From the NCBI RefSeq assembly GCF_001194135.2, contig NC_068991.1, positions 55,042,421-55,083,817 of the forward strand: a stretch of 41,397 nt of DNA. The letters are read 5' to 3'. How positions within the stretch are numbered: position 1 is the stretch's first letter; every line of letters starts with the position of its first letter. Source of the stretch: Octopus bimaculoides. Its lineage: Eukaryota. Positions 22,621-32,190 of this stretch are shown here, in pieces. The notes beneath the pieces are model-generated. The model saw only the letters and a list, made by a program, of their open reading frames with translations. It was not told where the DNA came from and did no database searches. The position numbers and the translations under genes were made by a program.

Positions 22621-23300
22621 CAGTAGCTAAGGATGCCATCAGGAGAAACCATGTCTAGTTTCAGCATCTACTCCTCTACCGTTTTCCAACATGGTGGGGC
22701 CCCCATTTTCAGAGGTGTCTTCAGCTCTGGTGTTGAGTACGTTTTTTTGTTCTTTGGTTGCATTGTCTTCCATACAGTGTCAATGAATGTCAGTGGGGCA
22801 ATAACTACCCTGCCAAATTTCCCTTTAAATATGCTCCAGCAGCCAACACCAGCTAATTGTCATGTGACACAATCTAAGCTTCAGCAGCCTGTGTCGACTT
22901 ACTGTCATGTGGTGCAGTCTACTGACCAATGGAGAGGAAGGGTGCGCAGTTTTGGCCCACGTCCTCTCTAGGCCTTCCAACAGAGTCATGTGAGTTTCAG
23001 CTCCAGCAGCCAGAGCTGACTAGCTGTCTTGTCATACAAGCCATTGAATTATCAGGGAGGAGGGTGTGAATGAATGAGATGGTTGCCTTGGCCCACCCAC
23101 CATGCAGCAAAGCTGTGTAAGTGCCACCCAGCCCCACCAGGTGATACTATTTCCCAGTTAGCAAATTATGGCTTTCAAGCCATTTTGAGTCTTCTCATTT
23201 CAGCCATATATAGAAGCTGGCTTTGTCGACTGCCTCCTGTATCCTCTGTCTTATTTTTCTCAGTTCTGTGCTCGTAAATGCAAATCTTCTTTTAAATAAT
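22620..23300 (-). mobile_element. GC-richer insert of uncertain class (possible retroelement 5' end: promoter-like repeats plus decayed ORF start at 22773)
   Basis: Higher GC than flanks, 13-bp direct repeat GCTCCAGCAGCCA, three GTCATGTG motifs, decayed ORF MEDNATKEQKNVLNTRAEDTSENGAPPCWKTVEE*. Class not recognised with certainty. Confidence 0.35.
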
Positions 23301-23304
23301 GATG

Positions 23305-23688
23305 CCATTCTTCATGACAATGCTTGATCACACATTTTACTAATGACACTCTAGAAGTTGAGGGAACCTGGCTAAGAAGTTCTTCCCCATCCTGCTTATT
23401 CCTCAGACCTTTCTCCTACAAACTACCACTTTTTCAAGCACCTTGATGGTTTCCTGCAAGAAAAGGGGTTCAGGAAGCAAACTGCTGCTGAAAGTGCATT
23501 CAAAGAGTTCATCAGTTCCAGAGCTCCAGATTTTTATGTTACCAGAATAAACAAACTTGTAACTCATTGGCAAAAATGTGTTGACTGTAACGGTACTTAC
23601 TTTAATGAATAAAATTTCCGCATTGTTGAAATATATTGTGATGAATTACATGTTTCAAAACGTTGCTTACTTTTTACGCAGCCTGATA
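23305..23688 (+). mobile_element. Mariner (Hsmar/SETMAR-like) 3' fragment
   Basis: ILHDNA...PHPAYSSDLSPTNYHFFKHLDGFL...HWQKCVDCNGTYF*; TIR-like end TACTTTTTACGCAGCCTGA-TA. Confidence 0.9.
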
Positions 23689-24199
23689 TATAGGTGAAGA
23701 AGAATATGTATTTTATTTCCAGGCTGCTAACTGAAAATTGATGGAAAATTGACTACAGAAGGAAAATAAAGAATAAAAGTGAACTGACAATATGACAAGA
23801 ACATTAGAACAAAAATAAAATCATCTGAATATTAAAAAGCTTTTTAAAATCACCAAATGTCAGAATAATTAATAAGTATCCCCTATAGAAGCCTTTACCT
23901 TTTATTTTATCGACAACCTAAATCTCAAAAGTGTCAACACAAAAATGGTTTTAGCACATTTTATATTAATGTCATTCTTCTGATATTCTGCATACTTGTC
24001 ATGTTCTTTACTCTCCCACCCTTCACTCAGACAAGGAATATTCCAAAGTGGAAAAGGTTTGTGTTTTTGACTGATTTGCATACATAGTGTGTCTCCTCTT
24101 TGCTTCTTCTATAGCTACTGCTACACAAAACTGTTTCTCTGAATTATTGTTACACTATCTCTACTCTCAACCATCTAGCTCTCCCTACTTTCATTGTCC

Positions 24200-24535
24200 T
24201 CACTGTGTCTCATTACTTAGATATTCACCAACTCCAAACTATAATTCGCTGCTAACCCTTTTCTCTACAGACATTACCAAGAAGCTGAAAATGAAACTCA
24301 ACAGCCACATCAGTTTTTTGCGGGCCTGTAATTATCATGGATACTCACCCTCCTTTGACTATTTTATGAGAATAAAGACATTAGCTTAATAGATTTTAAC
24401 TGAAAATTTTGGTACTATATCCTGTTACATGTACATATACCCTTGGACTCTTCTCCCCCATAGATTACAGATTCATGGATAAAAAGAATTCTATTCAACA
24501 TTCTAAGACCTAAATAATTGTTCCAAATTTAATAC
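24200..24535 (+). mobile_element. Possible Penelope-like element relic
   Basis: KLKMKLNSHISFLRACNYHG resembles Penelope ORF N-termini; the downstream segment weakly resembles a GIY-YIG C-terminus. Confidence 0.35.
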
Positions 24536-24789
24536 TAACCAGAGGCATTGGTGATTCTATGTGTACATGTGTGTGTATGATCATCATTTAACAACTACTT
24601 TTCTATGCTTGCATAGGTCAGATAGAATTTGTAGAGGCAGGTTTTCTATCTCCAACCTTCACATATTTCAAGTAATATAACCAAACTTGTTTCCCACTGA
24701 AGACTAGAAGCAAATAACCTTGTTTGTATGATGGTGATGCTCATTTACAACCACTACATGATGTCTACACAATGGTATGAGTACACACA

Positions 24790-24952
24790 CTCATATGACA
24801 GGCTTCTTTCAGTTTTTGTCTGTGAAATCTACTCACAAGGCTTTAGTCTGCTTGGAGCTATAGTAGAAGACACTTGTCCAAGTTGCTGCACAAAGGGACT
24901 GGTCCCTGGGTCACATGGTTATGGAATCGTCTTAACCACACAACTATGCCTG
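24790..24952 (-). mobile_element. SINE type A head (diverged)
   Basis: GGCTTCTTTCAGTTTT...TATAGTAGAAGACACTTGTCCAAG homology. Confidence 0.75.
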
Positions 24953-24993
24953 CACCTGCCTGCCTGCCTGCCTGCCTGCCTACCTACCTACAG

Positions 24994-25040
<47 letters not shown>

Positions 25041-25089
25041 CATCCATCCATCCATCCATCCATCCATCCATCCATCCATCCATCCATCC

Positions 25090-25127
<38 letters not shown>

Positions 25128-25132
25128 ATATA
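24953..25132 (+). repeat. Compound tetranucleotide microsatellite (CCTG)(CCTA)(TCTA)(TCCA)(TCTA)
   Basis: Seen directly in the sequence. Confidence 0.95.
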
Positions 25133-25248
25133 TTCCCTTCCATATCGGCTAACTCTGATGAGCATAAGGTTATATAATCAGATTGTTACCTAACACTCCA
25201 TTAGTTTCCTTACATGAAACCGATTGCTAAGATCAGCAGTGATGGATA

Positions 25249-25504
25249 CATGAAGAGCTTACTTTCAAAACCAGATGCATGCATTGGAATGACTTTTGAG
25301 TAACTGAGGAAAAAACAACTTGAATATATTTGATTTTGATCAGAGGACTAAGATTTGCCTATTATCTATATGGCATCTATCCCAGTTTGACTGAAAAAAA
25401 ACTTCATGTGCTTGAAGCTAGCAACTTGCAGATTATATTTAAAGGGTTATCAGGAAATTGACCAAATATGCACTTATACCGGTTTTGAAAGTAAGCTCCT
25501 CATA
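25249..25504. mobile_element. Tc1/mariner-type MITE
   Basis: Inverted termini CATGAAGAGCTTACTTTCAAAACC / GGTTTTGAAAGTAAGCTCCTCATA with TA at 25247-25248 and 25505-25506. Confidence 0.7.
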
Positions 25505-25522
25505 TAATACAATATATTTTGG

Positions 25523-25553
<31 letters not shown>

Positions 25554-25679
25554 CATACACATACAAAGCTATTCCAGAAATGGAGAAATGTGATGTACAT
25601 ATATATGCACACTCTCACACTAACACAGATGTGCCTATCAACAGATAAGGGGAGAAATGTAATTTTTATCTGAGTCATC

Positions 25680-25738
<59 letters not shown>

Positions 25739-25874
25739 ACAGTATATGTGAATGTTTATTTTTCTTTTTCTCTTTTTAATTTAGAGTTAATTTTGACTGG
25801 CCTCCTGCTTGATAGCATGGTTGTGAAGGAAAACATCTTGCTTTATTCATTATCCTTTAACTTTTAAGAAGCTC

Positions 25875-26215
25875 TTGCAGACTGGTGAACTGGATGGCTA
25901 CACCAGGCTCCAATCTGATTTGGCAGAGTTTCTACAGCTGGATGCCCTTCCTAACGCCAAGCACTCCGAGAGTGTAGTCGGTGCTTTTACGTGCCACCGG
26001 CACGAAGGCCAGTCAGGTGGTACTGGCAACAGCCATGCTCAAAATGGTGTATTTTACGTGTCACCTGCACAGGAGCCAGTCCAGTGACACAGGCATGATC
26101 TCACTTGAATGTCTTTACACATGCCACCGGCACAAGTGCCAGGAAAGCGACACTGGGGACAGGTGCCATCACTATTTCGCTTTCGCTTGCCCCAACAGGT
26201 CTTCACAACCCGACA
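25875..26215 (-). mobile_element. RTE 3'UTR fragment
   Basis: Closely similar to 13080-13460. Confidence 0.88.
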
Positions 26216-26252
26216 TACAGATACCTATATTTATACATACATNNNNNNNNNN

Positions 26253-26296
<44 letters not shown>

Positions 26297-26397
26297 ATAC
26301 ATACGAACACATATACACACATACAAACACACACACATGCACATACTTGCACATGTTCCTATACATCTATACATTTACCCACACATGTCTCAATATA

Positions 26398-26570
26398 TTG
26401 ATTTCAAATTCTAGCACAAGGCCAGCAATTTCAGGGGAAGAGGTAAGTCAGTTACGTTGACCCCATATTCAACTGGTACTTGTTTTATTGAACCTGAAAG
26501 GCACAATCAACCATGGTGGGATCTGAACTCAGAAAATGAAGACAGACAAAATGCTATTAAGCATTTTTGC
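26398..26570 (-). mobile_element. SINE type B, tail 2 variant
   Basis: Same core as 10478-10708, but tail GGCCTTGTGCTAGAATTTGAAATC. Confidence 0.75.
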
Positions 26571-26574
26571 CATT

Positions 26575-26850
26575 TTTTTATTCTTTTATTTGTTTCAGTC
26601 ATTTGACTACGGCCATGCTGGAGCATCACCTTTAGTTGAGCAAATCAACCCCAGGACTTATTCTTTGTAAGCCTAGTACTTATTCTATTGGTCCCTTTTG
26701 CCAAACCACTATGCTTCGGGGATATAAACACACCAGCATCAGTTGTCAAGCAATGTTGGGGAGACAAACACAAACACACATTTATACATATATGATGGGC
26801 TTCTTTCAGTTTCTGTCTACCAAATCTACTCACAAGGCTTTGGTCAGCTA
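26575..26850 (-). mobile_element. SINE type A (3' half plus part of head)
   Basis: Colinear with 3638-3890. Confidence 0.88.
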
Positions 26851-27003
26851 TACAAAACTTTCCAGAAGATTTTCAGTTAAGTATATATGAGCATGTTTAG
26901 ATATACATCTATATGCATGGAAATACATACATGAAACAAAACATACAAATCTGCACACATACATACATACATGCATACATACATAAATACTTACAAACAT
27001 ACA

Positions 27004-27039
<36 letters not shown>

Positions 27040-27224
27040 TACATACAAAAATACCTTGTTGATATTGTTGAAATTCCAATGAAGGAGCCTTAGATCTAGG
27101 TTAGAAACTGGCTCCTTCTCTATTGGCAAGAAATCTTGAAATAAAACTAAATAATGACGTGTACACACACACACACATATATTGCAAAGACCTGTCAAGC
27201 CAACTGAAATCATAGTTGTGGCCA

Positions 27225-27435
27225 TTATTGGTGTCACGTAACTGGTACCCATGCCAGTGACACATAAAAAGCACCTTTCAAGTGTTTATCCCCATGGAGG
27301 TAATATGGGCAATGTTGGTGTCGTGGAACTAGCAGCCGTGCTGGTGGGACATAAAAAGCACCTTTCAAGTGCTGGGCCTCATGGAAGCAATAACAAATGA
27401 CTGAGACCTTTGGCCATATGTGCTGATGATGAGAT
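27225..27435 (+). mobile_element. RTE-type 3'UTR fragment with duplicated ACATAAAAAGCACCTTTCAAGTG
   Basis: Motif related to the GGCATGTAAAAGCACC unit of the other RTE tails; ends GATGATGAG. Confidence 0.6.
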
Positions 27436-27694
27436 ATATTATATAAGTTTGATAATTATTTCATATGCATCAAACATAGATTAGAAAGATATCAAGTACA
27501 TTGTTGTTACAGCTGCAATATCTTTTTGTTTATTCCTTTTACAATGAGTTATTGAAACAGAAATGATATTTTAAGAAGTAAAAAAAAAAACATGTTGATC
27601 TGCTAAATAATGTAAACACTGTGTTTGAAATAATATATTTATGCAGAATTACAATGATTAAAACAGATAAAAACAGGGTTATTTGGGTGAAAAC

Positions 27695-27917
27695 TGTTAT
27701 GATGTTTTATTGCGGTTGCAGACTTCTGGTATATTCATTCACCAACTGTCAGATCACCAACACATAATCCACGATATCTCTTCTTTTAGCTTTTACAACT
27801 CTCTATATAATATATGGCTACGCATACAACACTGTTCTATCTCCATCACTTTTGCATATTTATACATTTCAGAACCATTCATTTATCCATTCATAGGGAT
27901 GTGTGGATTCCAACACA
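27695..27917 (-). mobile_element. 3' LTR of a Gypsy element (223 bp)
   Basis: TG...CA termini, AATAAA near its 3' end, purine tract immediately upstream, follows the integrase C-terminus. Confidence 0.7.
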
Positions 27918-27989
27918 TCTTTTTTTAAGTTTGACTTTCCCTGAGAGTCAATACTTTTATTTATTACCACCTTTCCTTCCCTTACTTTT

Positions 27990-28680
27990 TTTTTTTATTA
28001 TTACTTCCTTGGGGAGACAATGGAATGTTTTTTTCTTTTTGGTTCAATTTTCAACATTTCCGTCCACTCTCTTTTCCTAATTGATGTACTCACTTCAACA
28101 TTTCTGTCTGCTTTCTTTTCCTAGTTGATGTACACACTGGTTCAACTGTTTCTTACAGTACTGGAACATCAAACACTTCACACAAAAATTCCATCGGCTC
28201 TTCCTGCCTTATTTTTCCTTCTGTAAATCTTTTCTTTATTTGGTTCAGATGTCTCTTATGTTCACATGTATGCCCTTTTACCATATATGTTACTCTTCCT
28301 AAACGTTTAGTTATTTTTCTTTCTTCTCAACTTAGGTTGCCATTTTTATATTTAAAAAAAAAAAACACTTTGTTACCTATATTGAAATACTTCATTTTAT
28401 TTTCAGTGTTTCCCTGTATTTTTTGTTTTCTTCTCAGTAGTAGTTTATCAAATACTGACCAGACTTTCCTGGCAAACATTAATTCAGCTGGCGACATACC
28501 AGACTCTGTGTTGGGGTTAGGCGTTATTCTGTAGACACGCAAGAATTAAGTCAATGTAATATCCACTAATAATTCATTTCTAGTTTTCCTCATAGCTCTC
28601 TTCAATGTTTCTACAAAATGTCCCACTTGTCCAATGGACCTTGGATGGTGTGGCGGGGTGGTAACATGCTCTATCGAATG
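27990..28680 (-). mobile_element. Gypsy integrase C-terminal relic
   Basis: IEHVTTPPHHPRSIGQ..HFVETLKRAMRK...RVYRITPNPNT..GMSPAELMFARK...KRHLNQIKKR. Confidence 0.9.
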
Positions 28681-29410
28681 CATTTTCTTTATTCTTGCCA
28701 CCTTTAATATCTTTGTGCCTTCGTGGGTTCCGTGCATCAGGGCTGCCACCAGCCACACTTCTTCAATTTCCAGTGGTACCCTGCCTATCCTAATTTTTGC
28801 GACTCCTTTGCCGCAGTAGGTAGGCAGGAGTACCCATTCTTGCAACCTCAGCATCACAGTGGAGTGATTTATTGCCTCTTGTTCAGTGGCAAACCTCACC
28901 TCCACTGTGCTGTATCTTTCACCTCTAGTGTAGAATGTTGCAACACTCTACTTCTTCTAAACATTTCTCTATTGCCTCCTCTGTTGCTATCTCGATCTTC
29001 TTAGTGGTTGTGGACAGCATTCTACAAACCACTGTCTTCGTTTTTGTTTTGTTGGTTACTTTCTCTGGTGGGGTCAACCTTAAACTTGACCCACCCTTTT
29101 GGATCAGCTCATTGTACTCTTCCAACTTCTCTGGTTCAATTCTAACTTCCTGCACCTCCAGTGAATCTGTTGCGGTGGTATATTTTCAAGTCGCCAAAGC
29201 ATAGCTCCCGGCATGGGCTTGAACTGGTTCACAATTCATTTTTTTTTCTTTTCTGAATCTCTTTACCCCAAATTGTGGGAAATAAAGCAAACAAAAACAC
29301 AGACGAACAGGCAAAACAGCAACGGTATTCCACAAAATTCAACAACTCCAGTCATAGGCACACCTGCAAGGGAGAACCTCCAACAAAAAAGATAACAAGA
29401 CCTATCTGCG
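28681..29410 (-). mobile_element. L1/Tx1-type 5'UTR plus ORF1, copy B (3'-truncated, fused to integrase)
   Basis: Paralogous to 30500-31204 (VRIEPEKLEEY, LRLQEWVLLPTYC, IGRVPLEIEE). Confidence 0.75.
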
Positions 29411-29422
29411 CATATGACTCTG

Positions 29423-31204
29423 TTATTTCTATATTGAACACACAGGCCTGAACATAGAGGGGATGGCACAAGGACAGACAGAACAATACAAGTGGGGACA
29501 AAAACATGAAACGGATGAATAGAAATGGATTATAAATAAATGAAGGTGCAATGACTACTTGAACCTCACTCTCGAGCAATACCATTTAACTGTTCTTTAT
29601 TATAGTTTCTATATCTTTTTTTCTTTCATAGTATCATGCGTGTAGTCTCTCCAAAAATATTTAAAAATTTACTTACGTTTTACCAGTTTATATACGGTTT
29701 CAAGTCGTCACAGTTCATGACCAGAGGTAGGTCATCATATACCACTTCCACTCCTAATGGGTCCATGTTTGTCCTGAACCACTCCCCCAATTTAGCATAT
29801 CCCTCCCTGTCCACTAATATATATTTAATGTCTTCTGTACACTCCTCAGCTGGCAACTTCACTACAATCACCAACCTGAACTTGTTGATCCTTCGTTCAA
29901 TTGTCATACCCCTTGTGTACATCATAATATGCGCTTTGTCTTTACATGCCCTTTAAGGGACTGTGTGCTATGCCTGTCTGTGTCTGCCTGTTTACAAGGT
30001 GAACTCGGACTATTTGGGGCGCTTTCCTTTTTTCTTTTTGTTGGTGTTACTGGTGGTGATATATGCTGTGCGAGTGCATCCCATGTATTGTGTGTCCGCT
30101 GTACAATGTCTTCTGCTCTACCATTCCTCCCCCTCCCCCTTGGGCCCTTCGCGGGTGCATCTACTATTTCCCCTCTCCTTCCCTTAGGCACCTCTGCAAA
30201 TCCCTCCTCTTCCGCATCTTCCGTACACTTCTCTCAGGCTGGGCCCATCACTTCGGCACTCCAACCCTGTTCATGCTGGTTTTCTCCGGTTTCACTGTTC
30301 ATCTGGGAGCACTTCATTTCGATGTGCCTCCCACTCTCTGCAGTGGTAGGAGGCTGGAAGTTTCCCACCTACCACCACTTTCAGCCCCATATCCTCAGGC
30401 AGCAATACCTCCTCTGCCCCTTTGTTCAGGTCCCGCTGGGTGACCTGGATGACCACCTCCAGGCCACAACCCCTTCAATTCATTTTCCCTGCTCCTGCCA
30501 CTTTCAGTATCTTTGCATCCTTGTGGGTTCCATGCATCATGGCTTCCACCAGTCATGTCTCTTCAATCTCTGGTGGCACCCTGCCTATCCCAATTCTTGT
30601 GACTCTCCTGCTGCAGTAGGTCGGCAGGAGCACCCATTCCTGCAACCTTAGCGCAACAGTGAAGAGATCCATTGCCCCTTATTCAGTGGCAAATTCCACC
30701 TCCACCATTCTGCACCTTCCACCTCCAGTGCAGAATGTTGCAACACTCTTCACTTCTTCAAGACACCCCTCTATAGCCTCCTCTGTAGCCATCTCAATCC
30801 TTTCACTGGTTGTGGACAGCGCTCTGCAAAACCACTGTCCCCCCACCCCCTCGATCTGTTGGTTACTTCTTCTGGAGGGGGTCAGCCTTAAGATTGACCC
30901 CTCTTTCTGGATCAGCTCGTACTCTTCCAACTTCTCTGGTTCAATCCTGACCTCCCACACCTCTAGTGAATCTGTCACAGTGGTTCATCTTCCAGCCACT
31001 GAAGCACAGCTCCTGGCATGGGCCTGAACTGGTCTGCAATTCACTTTCTCTGACTCTCTTTACCCCAAAATGAGGTAAAGAAAACAAACATAAAAAGCAC
31101 AAACCCGCAGGCAAAACGGCAACAATATTCAATGAAATTCAACAACTTCAATCATAGGCACACTCGTAAGAGGGAACTTTCAACAAAAGATAACAAAACT
31201 TATC
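29423..31204 (-). mobile_element. L1/Tx1-type element with 5'UTR, decayed ORF1 and 3' tail but no ORF2 (HAL1-like), copy A
   Basis: ORF1-like reading with frameshifted zinc knuckle (YHCRE/GRHIEMKC), basic disordered C-terminal region, then about 260 nt UTR ending GTCTGTCCTTGTGCCATCCCCTCTATGTTCAGG...AGAAATAA. Confidence 0.65.
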
Positions 31205-31346
31205 TGTAACAGGAATCACAAATGATTTAACAGCAACAAATTTTGGCACATACAACACTGAACTACTATCTCCAGTATGCATTCGTATTTATACATTTCG
31301 GAACTGTTCATTTATCCATTCACGGGGGTGTTTGGATTCCACCACA
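31205..31346 (-). mobile_element. LTR-like repeat related to 27695-27917
   Basis: TGTGGTGGAATCC start; about 100 bp colinear with 27820-27917 (roughly 75-80% by eye); ends TGTTACA. Confidence 0.6.
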
Positions 31347-31698
31347 AAAAAAAAACAAAAGCAGCATTTATGTTGCTTTTGTTTTGTACTGAAAGTCAAG
31401 GCTGTTTCTCTTATGAAAGTATTCTATGTGCTTGCATTCATTCACACACAAATAGCTAGACGGAGAGCATTAGATAGAGAGAAATAGAGAGATAGAGGGA
31501 GAGGGAGAGAGAGAGAGAGAGAGAGAGAGAAATTACTAAACATGTGATATATGCTGAACATATCATTTGATGACTTGGTTTTCTTTCTTATATTGATGTT
31601 ATAGGAACGGCCTAATACTCCATATTTGAAGCTTTTTTCTTTAAAAGATAAATTATATAATTTTACTAATATAACTCATAACTCTGTTTAACTGCAAG

Positions 31699-31746
<48 letters not shown>

Positions 31747-31913
31747 TATACTTTACATTGCATTGACAACTCTGGAACTGAACATAGCATGCTGATTTCT
31801 GATTTGGTGGTTGACCGGTTTATGACTTCTATGTTTTGATGAGATATGCCTGGCCTACATTCATCAATCAATGAAAGACAATGGCAGCCTCTCACTATAA
31901 ATCAAAAATATAC

Positions 31914-31949
31914 CTTAGCTGATGCACTTTTTCTTTTTCCAAAACATGT
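31914..31949 (-). CDS. Candidate 36-nt micro-exon
   Basis: Acceptor gaatttttcag, donor AAG|GTATAT; open as HVLEKEKVHQL (phase 2/2) or TCFGKRKSASAK (phase 0/0). Confidence 0.15.
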
Positions 31950-31996
31950 CTGAAAAATTCACCCTGGGTCATCGGTGTGAAGTTGCTTTAAATATT

Positions 31997-32190
31997 GGTT
32001 TCAAATTTTGGCACAAGGCCAGTAACTTCAGAGGAAGAGATAAGTCAATTACATCAATCCCAGTGTTCAACTAGTACTCATTTTATCAACCCTGAAAGGA
32101 TGAAAAGCAAAGTTGACTTTTCTGGAATTTGAACTCAGAACGCAATGATAGACAAAATGTTGCTAATGATTCTTCCAGCTTACTACCCTA
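31997..32190 (-). mobile_element. SINE type B, tail 2 variant, with 17-bp TSD
   Basis: TSD AAGTTGCTTTAAATATT at 31980-31996 and 32191-32207; tail GGCCTTGTGCCAAAATTTGAAACC. Confidence 0.9.

Noticed and set aside
25261-25301. Minus-strand 41-nt exon with strong splice sites
   Set aside because: The donor lies inside the TIR of the MITE at 25249-25504.
27677-27728. EGF-like peptide GYLGENCYDVLLRLQTS as a plus-strand exon
   Set aside because: It straddles the LTR boundary at 27695 and its acceptor has no pyrimidine tract, so it is a chance product of the junction.
29929-30651. 240-aa plus-strand ORF
   Set aside because: Antisense shadow of the GC-rich, purine-rich ORF1 on the minus strand.
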